Assembly (NCBI RefSeq): GCF_009914755.1
Contig: NC_060948.1
Reading direction: 5' to 3' (one strand)
Origin: the human T2T-CHM13v2.0 reference genome, Homo sapiens
DNA: 64,000 nucleotides
Shown: positions 1-14,778 of the stretch, piece after piece
Layout of the letters: every line of letters begins with the position of its first letter
How positions within the stretch are numbered: position 1 is the first letter of the stretch
Made by a program: the position numbers and the translations under genes
The notes under the pieces: model-generated
Told to the model about the DNA's origin: nothing
The model's database searches: none
Seen by the model: the letters and a program-made list of their open reading frames with translations, nothing else

Positions 1-659
1 GGATTCGAGTGGAATGGAATCGAATATAATGGAGTCGAATGAAATGGAATTGAAAGGAATGGGATCGAATACAATGGAATATACTGGAATGTAATGTAAT
101 GAACTCGAATGTAATTGACTGGAATGGAATGTACATGAATGGAATGTAATCGAATGGAAAGTAATCCAATGGAATAGAATCTAATGCAATAAAATCGACT
201 CAGATAGAGTAGAATGTAATGGAATGGAGTGCAGTGCAGTGGAATGGAATGGAATGCAATGGAATGGAATGGAATGGAATGGAATGGAATGGAATGGGAT
301 TGAATGGTATGGAATGGATAGTAATGGACTGGAGTGAAATGGACTGGAAAGGAATGGACTCAAATTGAAAGGGCTCGAAAGGAATGGAGTCAAATGGAAT
401 GGTCTGGAATGGAATGAACACGAATGTAATGCAATCCAATAGAATGGAATCGAATGGCATGGAATATAAAGAAATGGAATCGAAGAGAATGGAAACAAAC
501 GGAATGGAATTGAATGGAATGGAATTGAATGGAATGGGAACGAATGGAGTGAAATTGTATGCAGTAGAAGAGAATAGAATGGAATGCAAGCGAAAGGAAA
601 GGAATGGATTGGAATGGAATGGAATTCATTGGAATGGAAGGGAATGTAGTGTAATGGAC
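1..659 (+). repeat. Partial DYZ1 unit (end of the preceding copy)
   Basis: Matches unit tails elsewhere (e.g. ~3485-4147); EcoRI GAATTC at 622-627; next AGGCCT at 660. Confidence 0.85.
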
Positions 660-1020
660 AGGCCTGGAATAAAGTGGAATGCTACGGTCTCGAATGGAAT
701 AAAAATGTATGGAATGGAATGCAATGAAACGGAATCGAATGTCATAGAATGTAATGGAATGCAAAAAAATGGAATCCAAAATCATTGACTGGAAAGGCTG
801 GGTGTCGAAAGGAATTGACTCCAATGGAATGGAATCGAATGGAATGGAAGTGAATAGAATCGAACTAAATCGAATGGAATGGAATTGATAGGAACGGAAT
901 GGAAAGGAATGCAATGATTTGGCATGGAATGGAATCGAAGGGCATCGAATGGAATGGAATGGAATGTATTAGAATGTAATGAACTTTAGTGGAATGTACT
1001 CGAATGGATTCGACTGGAAT

Positions 1021-1035
1021 GGAATGTTCTGGAAG
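1021..1035. promoter_or_regulatory. Perfect heat-shock element HSE-A (GGAATGTTCTGGAAG), present in all 18 units
   Basis: g-GAA-tg-TTC-tg-GAA-g matches nGAAnnTTCnnGAAn exactly; e.g. also 4524-4538 and 61009-61023. Motif match only; binding not demonstrated. Confidence 0.55.
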
Positions 1036-1300
1036 TGAATGGACTCCAATGGAATGGATTGAAAAGGAATGGAATCGTACGGAATGGAATCTAATGGAAT
1101 GGAATTAAATGGAAATGAATCAAATTGAATAGCACGGAATTGAATTGAATGGAATCGAATGCAATGGAATCTAATGAAACGGAAAGGAAAGGAATGTAAT
1201 GGAATGGAATGGGCTGGAATGGAAAGGAATCGAAACGAATGGAATGGAATCGAACTGAGGAGACTGGAATGGAATGCACTGGAATGGAAGGGAGTGTAAT

Positions 1301-1315
1301 GGAAGTTTCTCGAAA
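1301..1315. promoter_or_regulatory. Perfect heat-shock element HSE-B (GGAAGTTTCTCGAAA / GGAAGGTTCTCGAAA), intact in 13 of 18 units
   Basis: g-GAA-gt-TTC-tc-GAA-a; broken at ~8317, 11876, 18953, 29593 (GAC) and 33085 (TTT). Motif match only. Confidence 0.5.
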
Positions 1316-2322
1316 AAAATGGAATCGAATGGAATGGAATTGAATGGAACGGAATAGAGTCGAATGGAATTGAATGGAATGGAATGGACTAGAGTGAAGC
1401 GGAATCGAACCACAAGGAATGGACAGGAATAGAATGGTCTCGAATTGAATGGAATCGTATGGAATGGCATCAAACGGAATGGAATGGACAGCCACGGAAT
1501 GGAATGCACTCGAATGCAATGGAGTCGAAACTAATGGACTGGAATAGAATGGACTCGACTGGTACGGACTCCAATGGAATGGAATCGAATGGAAGGGAAT
1601 CGAACGGAATGGACTCGAAGGGAAAAGACTGCAATGGAAAGGTCTCGAATGGAATGGAAATTAATGGAATGGAATGGAATCGAATGAAATGGAGTCAAAA
1701 GGAATGGAATCGAATGGCAAGAAATCGAATGTAATGGAATCGCAAGGAATGGATGTGAACGGAACGGATAGGAATGGAATCCAAAGGAATGGAATAGAAT
1801 GGAATGGAATCGAATGGAAAGGACTCGAATGGAAATCACTCGAATAGAATGCAATTTAATAAAATAGGATGAAATGTAATGGAATGGAATGGAAAGGAAT
1901 CGAAACGAAAGGAATGGAGACAGATGGAATGGAATGGAACAGAGAGCAATGGTATAGAATGGAATGGAATCATCTGAAATGGAATTGAATGCAATGGAAT
2001 AATATGAAATGGAATGGAATGGAATGGAATGCCCTTGAATTAAATGGACTGGAATGGAATGGACTCGAACAGAGTGGAATGGAAAGTGTTGAGATAGAAT
2101 GGAATGGACTCGTTTGGAATGGTCTAGTATGCAATGCAATCGACTGGCAGGGAATCAAAAGCAATGTAATCGAATGGATTGGACTGGAATGCAATGGACT
2201 CGAATAGATTTGAAACGGAATGCAAAGGAATGGAATGGAATACTATGGAATGGAATGGAAAGGAATGGAGTGGAATAGACTAGAGTGGAATGGAATGGAC
2301 TCGAAAGCAATGGACTGGAAAT

Positions 2323-2337
2323 GGAACTTTCTTGAAT
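2323..2337. promoter_or_regulatory. Perfect heat-shock element HSE-C (GGAACTTTCTTGAAT), present in all 18 units
   Basis: g-GAA-ct-TTC-tt-GAA-t; e.g. also 5826-5840, 23461-23475, 58781-58795. Motif match only. Confidence 0.55.
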
Positions 2338-4147
2338 GGACTGGAATCAGAGAATCAAATGGAATTGAATCGAATGGAATCGAATGGATTGGAAAGGAAT
2401 AGAATGGAATGGAATGGAATTGACTCAAATGGAATGGACTAGAATGGAATGGATTCGAATGGAAGGCAAAGGAATGGAATCTATTGGAATGGACTGCAAT
2501 GGAATGGAATGGAAGGGATTGGAATGGACTCGAATGGAATGGACTGCCATAGAAAGGATTCGAATGGAATGAAAAAGAATTGAATGGAATAGAACAGAAT
2601 GGAATCAAATCGAATGAAATGGAGTGGAATAGAAAGGAATGGAATGAAATGGAATGGAAAGGATTCGAATGGAATGCAATCGAATGGAATGGAATCGAAC
2701 GGAATGGAATAAAATGGAAGCAAACTGGCAAGAAATGGAATCGAAATGAATGGAGTGTTATGGAACGGACTCAAAAGGAATTGAATGTAATAGAATGGAG
2801 TGGAGTGGACTCGAATATAATGGACTGGAATGGAATGAAATCACATGGAATGGGAACGAATGGAATGGAATGGAAAGGAATGGAATCGAATGGAAAGGAA
2901 TCGAATGGAAGGGAATGAAATTGAATCAACAGGAATGGAAGGGAATAGAATAGACGGTAATGGAATGGACTCGAATAGAATGGACACGAATGGTCAAATT
3001 GAATGGACTCGAATGAAATGGAAACGAAAGGAATGTCATCGAATGGAATTGAATCGATTGGAATGAAATCGCATAGAATGGAGTGGAATCAAATGGAATT
3101 GAATCGAAAGGAAAGGAAGCGAATGGACTGAAATGAAATGGAATGGAATTGAATGGAAAGTAATGCAATGGAATAGAATGGAACGAAATTTCACGGAATG
3201 GAATCAAACTGAATGGAATCAAATCAATGGAATATAATCAAATGGAATGGAAAGGAATTGAATGGAGTAGATGGGATTGGATGGGATTGGAATGAAATGT
3301 ACTGGAAAGGACTCGAATTTTATGAAACGGAATGGAAAGAATTGGAACGGAATGGACTCGAATGGAATGGAATGTCATGGAATGGCATCAAATGGAATGG
3401 CATCAAATGGAATGGAATCGAATGCAATGGAATGCTATGGAATGGAACGGAATGCATTGGAATGGAATGTCCTCTAATGGAAAGGATTCGAGTGGAATGG
3501 AATCGAATATAATGGAGTCGAATGAAATGGAATTGAAAGGAATGGGATCGAATACAATGGAATATACTGGAATGTAATGTAATGAACTCGAATGTAATTG
3601 ACTGGAATGGAATGTACATGAATGGAATGTAATCGAATGGAAAGTAATCCAATGGAATAGAATCTAATGCAATAAAATCTACTCAGATAGAGTAGAATGT
3701 AATGGAATGGAGTGCAGTGCAGTGGAATGGAATGGAATGGAATGCAATGGAATGGAATGGAATGGAATGGAATGGAATGGAATGGGATGGAATGGTATGG
3801 AATGGATAGTAATGGACTGGAGTGAAATGGACTGGAAAGGAATGGACTCAAATTGAAAGGGCTCGAAAGGAATGGAGTCAAATGGAATGGTCTGGAATGG
3901 AATGAACACGAATGTAATGCAATCCAATAGAATGGAATCGAATGGCATGGAATATAAAGAAATGGAATCGAAGAGAATGGAAACAAACGGAATGGAATTG
4001 AATGGAATGGAATTAAATGGAATGGGAACGAATGGAGTGAAATTGTATGCAGTAGAAGAGAATAGAATGGAATGCAAGCGAAAGGAAAGGAATGGATTGG
4101 AATGGAATGGAATTCATTGGAATGGAAGGGAATGTAGTGTAATGGAC

Positions 4148-7100
4148 AGGCCTGGAATAAAGTGGAATGCTACGGTCTCGAATGGAATAAAAATGTATGG
4201 AATGGAATGCAATGAAACGGAATCGAATGTCATAGAATGTAATGGAATGCAAAAAAATGGAATCCAAAATCATTGACTGGAAAGGCTGGGTGTCGAAAGG
4301 AATTGACTCCAATGGAATGGAATCGAATGGAATGGAAGTGAATAGAATCGAACTAAATCGAATGGAATGGAATTGATAGGAACGGAATGGAAAGGAATGA
4401 AATGATTTGGCATGGAATGGAATCGAATGGCATCGAATGGAATGGAATGGAATGCAATGCAATGGAATGTATTAGAATGTAATGAACTTTAATGGAATGT
4501 ACTCGAATGGATTCGACTGGAATGGAATGTTCTGGAAGTGAATGGACTCCAATGGAATGGATTGAAAAGGAATGGAATAGTACGGAATGGAATCTAATGG
4601 AATGGAATTAAATGGAAATGAATCAAATTGAATAGCACGGAATTGAATTGAATGGAATCGAATGCAATGGAATCTAATGAAAGGGAAAGGAAAGGAATGG
4701 AATGGAATGGAATGGGCTGGAATGGAAAGGAATCGAAACGAATGGAATGGAATCGAACTGAGGAGACTGGAATGGAATGCACTGGAATGGAAGGGAGTGT
4801 AATGGAAGTTTCTCGAAAAAAATGGAATCGAATGGAATGGAATTGAATGGAACGGAATAGAGTCGAATGGAATTGAATGGAATGGAATGGACTAGAGTGA
4901 AATGGAATCGAACCACAAGGAATGGACAGGAATAGAATGGTCTCGAATTGAATGGAATCGTATGGAATGGCATCAAACGGAATGGAATGGACAGCCACGG
5001 AATGGAATGCACTCGAATGCAATGGAGTCGAAACTAATGGACTGGAATAGAATGGACTCGACTGGTACGGACTCCAATGGAATGGAATCGAATGGAAGGG
5101 AATCGAACGGAATGGACTCGAAGGGAAAAGACTGCAATGGAAAGGTCTCGAATGGAATGGAAATTAATGGAATGGAATGGAATCGAATGAAATGGAGTCA
5201 AAAGGAATGGAATCGAATGGCAAGAAATCGAATGTAATGGAATCGCAAGGAATGGATGTGAACGGAACGGAATGGAATGGAATCCAAAGGAATGGAATAG
5301 AATGGAATGGAATCGAATGGAAAGGACTCGAATGGAAATCACTCGAATAGAATGCAATTTAATAAAATAGGATGAAATGTAATGGAATGGAATGGAAAGG
5401 AATCGAAACGAAAGGAATGGAGACAGATGGAATGGAATGGAACAGAGAGCAATGGTATAGAATGGAATGGAATCATCTGAAATGGAATTGAATGGAATGG
5501 AATAATATGAAATGGAATGGAATGGAATGGAATGCCCTTGAATTAAATGGACTGGAATGGAATGGACTCGAACAGAGTGGAATGGAAAGTGTTGAGATAG
5601 AATGGAATGGACTCGTTTGGAATGGTCTAGTATGCAATGCAATCGACTGGCAGGGAATCAAAAGGAATGTAATCGAATGGATTGGACTGGAATGCAATGG
5701 ACTCGAATAGATTGGAAACGGAATGCAAAGGAATGGAATGGAATAGTATGGAATGGAATGGAAAGGAATGGAGTGGAATAGACTAGAGTGGAATGGAATG
5801 GACTCGAAAGCAATGGACTGGAAATGGAACTTTCTTGAATGGACTGGAATCAGAGAATCAAATGGAATTGAATCGAATGGAATCGAATGGATTGGAAAGG
5901 AATAGAATGGAATGGAATGGAATTGACTCAAATGGAATGGACTAGAATGGAATGGATTCGAATGGAAGGCAAAGGAATGGAATCTATTGGAATGGACTGC
6001 AATGGAATGGAATGGAAGGGATTGGAATGGACTCGAATGGAATGGACTGCAATAGAAAGGATTCGAATGGCATGAAAAAGAATTGAATGGAATAGAACAG
6101 AATGGAATCAAATCGAATGAAATGGAATGGAATAGAAAGGAATGGAATGAAATGGAATGGAAAGGATTCGAATGGAATGCAATCGAATGGAATGGAATCG
6201 AACGGAATGGAATAAAATGGAAGCAAACTGGCAAGAAATGGAATCGAAATGAATGGAGTGTTATGGAACGGACTCAAAAGGAATTGAATGTAATAGAATG
6301 GAGTGTAGTGGACTCGAATATAATGGACTGGAATGGAATGAAATCACATGGAATGGGAACGAATGGAATGGAATGGAAAGGAATGGAATCGAATGGAAAG
6401 GAATCGAATGGAAGGGAATGAAATTGAATCAACAGGAATGGAAGGGAATAGAATAGACGGTAATGGAATGGACTCGAATAGAATGGACACGAATGCTCAA
6501 ATTGAATGGACTCGAATGGAATGGAAACGAAAGGAATGTCATCGAATGGAATTGAATCGATTGGAATGAAATGGCATAGAATGGAGTGGAATCAAATGGA
6601 ATTGAATCGAAAGGAAAGGAAGCGAATGGACTGAAATGAAATGGAATGGAATTGAATGGAAAGTAATGCAATGGAATAGAATGGAACGAAATTTCACGGA
6701 ATGGAATCAAACTGAATGGAATCAAATCAATGGAATCTAATCAAATGGAATGGAAAGGAATTGAATGGAGTAGATGGGATTGGATGGGATTGGAATGAAA
6801 TGTACTAGAAAGGACTCGAATTTTAAGAAACGGAATGGAAAGAATTGGAACGGAATGGACTCGAATGGAATGGAATGTCATGGAATGGCATCAAATGGAA
6901 TGGCATCAAATGGAATGGAATCGAATGCAATGGAATGCTATGGAATGGAACGGAATGCATTGGAATGGAATGTCCTCTAATGGAAAGGATTCGAGTGGAA
7001 TGGAATCGAATATAATGGAGTCGAATGAAATGGAATTGAAAGGAATGGGATCGAATACAATGGAATATACTGGAATGTAATGTAATGAACTCGAATGTAA

Positions 7101-7660
7101 TTGACTGGAATGGAATGTACATGAATGGAATGTAATCGAATGGAAAGTAATCCAATGGAATAGAATCTAATGCAATAAAATCTACTCAGATAGAGTAGAA
7201 TGTAATGGAATGGAGTGCAGTGCAGTGGAATGGAATGGAATGGAATGCAATGGAATGGAATGGAATGGAATGGAATGGAATGGAATGGAATGGAATGGGA
7301 TGGAATGGTATGGAATGGATAGTAATGGACTGGAGTGAAATGGACTGGAAAGGAATGGACTCAAATTGAAAGGGCTCGAAAGGAATGGAGTCAAATGGAA
7401 TGGTCTGGAATGGAATGAACACGAATGTAATGCAATCCAATAGAATGGAATCGAATGGCATGGAATATAAAGAAATGGAATCGAAGAGAATGGAAACAAA
7501 CGGAATGGAATTGAATGGAATGGAATTGAATGGAATGGGAACGAATGGAGTGAAATTGTATGCAGTAGAAGAGAATAGAATGGAATGCAAGCGAAAGGAA
7601 AGGAATGGATTGGAATGGAATGGAATTCATTGGAATGGAAGGGAATGTAGTGTAATGGAC
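4148..7660 (+). repeat. DYZ1 unit 2 (3513 bp; net -51 variant)
   Basis: AGGCCT at 4148 and 7661; deletion junction at ~5851; 3564-51=3513. Confidence 0.85.
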
Positions 7661-10600
7661 AGGCCTGGAATAAAATGGAATGCTACGGTCTCGAATGGAA
7701 TAAAAATGTATGGAATGGAATGCAATGAAACGGAATCGAATGTCATAGAATGTAATGGAATGCAAAAAAATGGACTCCAAAATCATTGACTGGAAAGGCT
7801 GGGTTTCGAAAGGAATTGACTCCAATGGAATGGAATCGAATGGAATGGAAGTGAATAGAATCGAACTAAATCGAATGGAATGGAATTGGTAGGAACGGAA
7901 TGGAAAGGAATGAAATGATTTGGCATGGAATGGAATCGAATGGCATCGAATGGAATGGAATGGAATGCAATGCAATGGAATGTATTAGAATGTAATGAAC
8001 TTTAATGGAATGTACTCGAATGGATTCGACTGGAATGGAATGTTCTGGAAGTGAATGCACTCCAATGGAATAGATTCAAAAGGAATGGAATCGTACGGAA
8101 TGGAATCTAATGGAATGGAATTAAATGGAAATGAATCAAATTGAATAGCACGGAATTGAATTGAATGGAATCGAATGCAATGGAATCTAATAAAACGGAA
8201 AGGAAAGGAAGGGAATGGAATGGAATGGGCTGGAATGGAAAGGAATCGAAACGAATGGAATAGAATCGAACTGAAGAGACTGGAATGGAATGCACTGGAA
8301 TGGAAGGGAGTGTAATGGAAGTTTCTCGACAAAAATGGAATCGAATGGAATGGAATTGAATGGAACGGAATAGAGTCGAATGGAATTGAATGGAATGGAA
8401 TGGACTAGAGTGAAATGGAATCGAACCACAAGGAATGGACAGGAATAGAATGGTCTCGAATTGAATGGAATCGTATGGAATGGCATCAAACGGAATGGAA
8501 TGGACAGCCACGGAATGGAATGCACTCGAATGCAATGGAGTCGAAACTAATGGACTGGAATAGAATGGACTCGACTGGTACGGACTCCAATGGAATGGAA
8601 TCGAATGGAAGGGAATCGAACGGAATGGACTCGAAGGGAAAAGACTGCAATGGAAAGGTCTCGAATGGAATGGAAATTAATGGAATGGAATGGAATCGAA
8701 TGAAATGGAGTCAAAAGGAATGGAATCGAATGGCAAGAAATCGAATGTAATGGAATCGCAAGGAATGGATGTGAACGGAACGGAATGGAATGGAATCCAA
8801 AGGAATGGAATAGAATGGAATGGAATCGAATGGAAAGGACTCGAATGGAAATCACTCGAATAGAATGCAATTTAATAAAATAGGATGAAATGTAATGGAA
8901 TGGAATGGAAAGGAATCGAAACGAAAGGAATGGAGACAGATGGAATGGAATGGAACAGAGAGCAATGGTATAGAATGGAATGGAATCATCTGAAATGGAA
9001 TTGAATGGAATGGAATAATATGAAATGGAATGGAATGGAATGGAATGCCCTTGAATTAAATGGACTGGAATGGAATGGACTCGAACAGAGTGGAATGGAA
9101 AGTGTTGAGATAGAATGGAATGGACTCGTTTGGAATGGTCTAGTATGCAATGCAATCGACTGGCAGGGAATCAAAAGGAATGTAATCGAATGGATTGGAC
9201 TGGAATGCAATGGACTCGAATAGATTGGAAACGGAATGCAAAGGAATGGAATGGAATAGTATGGAATGGAATGGAAAGGAATGGAGTGGAATAGACTAGA
9301 GTGGAATGGAATGGACTCGAAAGCAATGGACTGGAATGGAACTTTCTTGAATGGACTGGAATCAAACGGAATGGAATGCAATGCAATCAAATGGCATGGA
9401 ATAAAATAGAATGAAAGAGAATCAAATGGAATTGAATCGAATGGAATCGAATGGATTGGAAAGGAATAGAATGGAATGGAATGGAATTGACTCAAATGGA
9501 ATGGACTAGAATGGAATGGATTCGAATGGAAGGCAAAGGAATGGAATCTATTGGAATGGACTGCAATGGAATGGAATGGAAGGGATTGGAATGGACTCGA
9601 ATGGAATGGACTGCCATAGAAAGGATTGGAATGGAATGAAAAAGAATTGAATGGAATAGAACAGAATGGAATCAAATCGAATGAAATGGAATGGAATAGA
9701 AAGGAATGGAATGAAATGGAATGGAAAGGATTCGAATGGAATGCAATCGAATGGAATGGAATCGAACGAAATGGAATAAAATGGAAGCAAACTGGCAAGA
9801 AATGGAATCGAAATGAATGGAGTGTTATGGAACGGACTCAAAAGGAATTGAATGTAATAGAATGGAGTGGAGTGGACTCGAATATAATGGACTGGAATGG
9901 AATGAAATCACATGGAATGGGAACGAATGGAATGGAATGGAAAGGAATGGAATCGAATGGAAAGGAATCGAATGGAAGGGAATGAAATTGAATCAACAGG
10001 AATGGAAGGGAATAGAATAGACGGTAATGGAATGGACTCGAATAGAATGGACACGAATGCTCAAATTGAATGGACTCGAATGGAATGGAAACGAAAGGAA
10101 TGTCATCGAATGGAATTGAATCGATTGGAATGAAATGGCATAGAATGGAGTGGAATCAAATGGAATTGAATCGAAAGGAAAGGAAGCGAATGGACTGAAA
10201 TGAAATGGAATGGAATTGAATGGAAAGTAATGCAATGGAATAGAATGGAACGAAATTTCACGGAATGGAATCAAACTGAATGGAATCAAATCAATGGAAT
10301 CTAATCAAATGGAATGGAAAGGAATTGAATGGAGTAGATGGGATTGGATGGGATTGGAATGAAATGTACTAGAAAGGACTCGAATTTTAAGAAACAGAAT
10401 GGAAAGAATTGGAACGGAATGGACTCGAATGGAATGGAATGTCATGGAATGGCATCAAATGGAATGGCATCAAATGGAATGGAATCGAATGCAATGGAAT
10501 GCTATGGAATGGAACGGAATGCATTGGAATGGAATGTCCTCTAATGGAAAGGATTCGAGTGGAATGGAATCGAATATAATGGAGTCGAATGAAATGGAAT

Positions 10601-11219
10601 TGAAAGGAATGGGATCGAATACAATGGAATATACTGGAATGTAATGTAATGAACTCGAATGTAATTGACTGGAATGGAATGTACATGAATGGAATGTAAT
10701 CGAATGGAAAGTAATCCAATGGAATAGAATCTAATGCAATAAAATCTACTCAGATAGAGTAGAATGTAATGGAATGGAGTGCAGTGCAGTGGAATGGAAT
10801 GGAATGGAATGCAATGGAATGGAATGGAATGGAATGGAATGGAATGGAATGGAATGGGATGGAATGGTATGGAATGGATAGTAATGGACTGGAGTGAAAT
10901 GGACTGGAAAGGAATGGACTCAAATTGAAAGGGCTCGAAAGGAATGGAGTCAAATGGAATGGTCTGGAATGGAATGAACACGAATGTAATGCAATCCAAT
11001 AGAATGGAATCGAATGGCATGGAATATAAAGAAATGGAATCGAAGAGAATGGAAACAAACGGAATGGAATTGAATGGAATGGAATTGAATGGAATGGGAA
11101 CGAATGGAGTGAAATTGTATGCAGTAGAAGAGAATAGAATGGAATGCAAGTGAAAGGAAAGGAATGGATTGGAATGGAATGGAATTCATTGGAATGGAAG
11201 GGAATGTAGTGTAATGGAC
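7661..11219 (+). repeat. DYZ1 unit 3 (3559 bp; full type)
   Basis: AGGCCT at 7661 and 11220; 52-bp segment present at ~9364-9415. Confidence 0.85.
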
Positions 11220-14200
11220 AGGCCTGGAATAAAATGGAATGCTACGGTCTCGAATGGAATAAAAATGTATGGAATGGAATGCAATGAAACGGAATCGAAT
11301 GTCATAGAATGTAATGGAATGCAAAAAAATGGACTCCAAAATCATTGACTGGAAAGGCTGGGTTTCGAAAGGAATTGACTCCAATGGAATGGAATCGAAT
11401 GGAATGGAAGTGAATATAATCGAACTAAATCGAATGAAATGGAATTGGTAGGAACGGAATGGAAAGGAATGAAATGATTTGGCATGGAATGGAATCGAAT
11501 GGCATCGAATGGAATGGAATGGAATGCAATGCAATGGAATGTATTAGAATGTAATGAACTTTAATGGAATGTACTCGAATGGATTCGACTGGAATGGAAT
11601 GTTCTGGAAGTGAATGCACTCCAATGGAATAGATTCAAAAGGAATGGAATCGTACGGAATGGAATCTAATGGAATGGAATTAAATGGAAATGAATCAAAT
11701 TGAATAGCACGGAATTGAATTGAATGGAATCGAATGCAATGGAATCTAATAAAACGGAAAGGAAAGGAAGGGAATGGAATGGAATGGGCTGGAATGGAAA
11801 GGAATCGAAACGAATGGAATGGAATCGAACTGAAGAGACTGGAATGGAATGCACTGGAATGGAAGGGAGTGTAATGGAAGTTTCTCGACAAAAATGGAAT
11901 CGAATGGAATGGAATTGAATGGAACGGAATAGAGTCGAATGGAATTGAATGGAATGGAATGGACTAGAGTGAAATGGAATCGAACCACAAGGAATGGACA
12001 GGAATAGAATGGTCTCGAATTGAATGGAATCGTATGGAATGGCATCAAACGGAATGGAATGGACAGCCACGGAATGGAATGCACTCGAATGCAATGGAGT
12101 CGAAACTAATGGACTGGAATAGAATGGACTCGACTGGTACGGACTCCAATGGAATGGAATCGAATGGAAGGGAATCGAACGGAATGGACTCGAAGGGAAA
12201 AGACTGCAATGGAAAGGTCTCGAATGGAATGGAAATTAATGGAATGGAATGGAATCGAATGAAATGGAGTCAAAAGGAATGGAATCGAATGGCAAGAAAT
12301 CGAATGTAATGGAATCGCAAGGAATGGATGTGAACGGAACGGAATGGAATGGAATCCAAAGGAATGGAATAGAATGGAATGGAATCGAATGGAAAGGACT
12401 CGAATGGAAATCACTCGAATAGAATGCAATTTAATAAAATAGGATGAAATGTAATGGAATGGAATGGAAAGGAATCGAAACGAAAGGAATGGAGACAGAT
12501 GGAATGGAATGGAACAGAGAGCAATGGTATAGAATGGAATGGAATCATCTGAAATGGAATTGAATGGAATGGAATAATATGAAATGGAATGGAATGGAAT
12601 GGAATGCCCTTGAATTAAATGGACTGGAATGGAATGGACTCGAACAGAGTGGAATGGAAAGTGTTGAGATAGAATGGAATGGACTCGTTTGGAATGGTCT
12701 AGTATGCAATGCAATCGACTGGCAGGGAATCAAAAGGAATGTAATCGAATGGATTGGACTGGAATGCAATGGACTCGAATAGATTGGAAACGGAATGCAA
12801 AGGAATGGAATGGAATAGTATGGAATGGAATGGAAAGGAATGGAGTGGAATAGACTAGAGTGGAATGGAATGGACTCGAAAGCAATGGACTGGAATGGAA
12901 CTTTCTTGAATGGACTGGAATCAAACGGAATGGAATGCAATGCAATCAAATGGCATGGAATAAAATAGAATGAAAGAGAATCAAATGGAATTGAATCGAA
13001 TGGAATCGAATGGATTGGAAAGGAATAGAATGGAATGGAATGGAATTGACTCAAATGGAATGGACTAGAATGGAATGGATTCGAATGGAAGGCAAAGGAA
13101 TGGAATCTATTGGAATGGACTGCAATGGAATGGAATGGAAGGGATTGGAATGGACTCGAATGGAATGGACTGCCATAGAAAGGATTGGAATGGAATGAAA
13201 AAGAATTGAATGGAATAGAACAGAATGGAATCAAATCGAATGAAATGGAATGGAATAGAAAGGAATGGAATGAAATGGAATGGAAAGGATTCGAATGGAA
13301 TGCAATCGAATGGAATGGAATCGAACGGAATGGAATAAAATGGAAGCAAACTGGCAAGAAATGGAATCGAAATGAATGGAGTGTTATGGAACGGACTCCA
13401 AAGGAATTGAATGTAATAGAATGGAGTGGAGTGGACTCGAATATAATGGACTGGAATGGAATGAAATCACATGGAATGGGAACGAATGGAATGGAATGGA
13501 AAGGAATGGAATCGAATGGAAAGGAATCGAATGGAAGGGAATGAAATTGAATCAACAGGAATGGAAGGGAATAGAATAGACGGTAATGGAATGGACTCGA
13601 ATAGAATGGACACGAATGCTCAAATTGAATGGACTCGAATGGAATGGAAACGAAAGGAATGTCATCGAATGGAATTGAATCGATTGGAATGAAATCGCAT
13701 AGAATGGAGTGGAATCAAATGGAATTGAATCGCAAGGAAAGGAAGCGAATGGACTGAAATGAAATGGAATGGAATTGAATGGAAAGTAATGCAATGGAAT
13801 AGAATGGAACGAAATTTCACGGAATGGAATCAAACTGAATGGAATCAAATCAATGGAATATAATCAAATGGAATGGAAAGGAATTGAATGGAGTAGATGG
13901 GATTGGATGGGATTGGAATGAAATGTACTGGAAAGGACTCGAATTTCATGAAAAGGAATGGAATGAATTGGAACGGAATGGACTCGAATGGAATGGAATG
14001 TCATGGAATGGCATAAAATGGAATGGAATCGAATGCAATGGAATGCTATGGAGTGGAATGGAATGCATTGGAATGCAACGTCCTCTAATGGAATGGATTC
14101 GAGTGGAATTGAATCGAATATAATGCAGTCGAATGAAATGGAATTGAAAGGAATGGGATCGAATACAATGGAATATACTGGAATGTAATGTAATGAACTC

Positions 14201-14778
14201 GAATGTAATTGACTGGAATGGAATGTACATGAATGGAATGTAATCGAATGGAAAGTAATCCAATGGAATAGAATCTAATGCAATAAAATCGACTCAGATA
14301 GAGTAGAATGTAATGGAATGGAGTGCAGTGCAATGGAATGGAATGGAATGGAATGCAATGGAATGGAATGGAATGGAATGGAATGGAATGGAATGGGATG
14401 GAATGGTATGGAATGGATAGTAATGGACTGGAGTGAAATGGACTGGAAAGGAATGGACTCAAATTGAAAGGGCTCGAAAGGAATGGAGTCAAATGGAATG
14501 GTCTGGAATGGAATGAACACGAATGTAATGCAATCCAATAGAATGGAATCGAATGGCATGGAATATAAAGAAATGGAATCGAAGAGAATGGAAACAAACG
14601 GAATGGAATTGAATGGAATGGAATTGAATGGAATGGGAACGAATGGAGTGAAATTGTATGCAGTAGAAGAGAATAGAATGGAACGCAAGCGAAAGGAAAG
14701 GAATGGATTGGAATGGAATGGAATTCATTGGAATGGAATGGAATTCATTGGAATGGAAGGGAATGTAGTGTAATGGAC
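11220..14778 (+). repeat. DYZ1 unit 4 (3559 bp; full type; duplicated EcoRI site)
   Basis: AGGCCT at 11220 and 14779; GAATTC at 14721 and 14741. Confidence 0.85.

Larger units (their letters stand above)
660..4147 (+). repeat. DYZ1 unit 1 (3488 bp; net -51 variant; 15-bp deletion near 940-965)
   Basis: AGGCCT anchors at 660 and 4148; deletion junction GGAATC/AGAGAATC at ~2348. Confidence 0.85.

Noticed and set aside
188-2713. Several AATAAA hexamers per unit (e.g. ~188, 668, 698, 1858, 2708)
   Set aside because: These are expected from GGAAT followed by AAAAT-type pentamer variants. There is no downstream GU/U-rich element or gene context.
3312-3328. CGAATTT(T/C)ATGAAA as an additional HSE
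   Set aside because: Only one base separates GAA and TTC, and the TTC is absent in several units, so it does not fit nGAAnnTTCnnGAAn.
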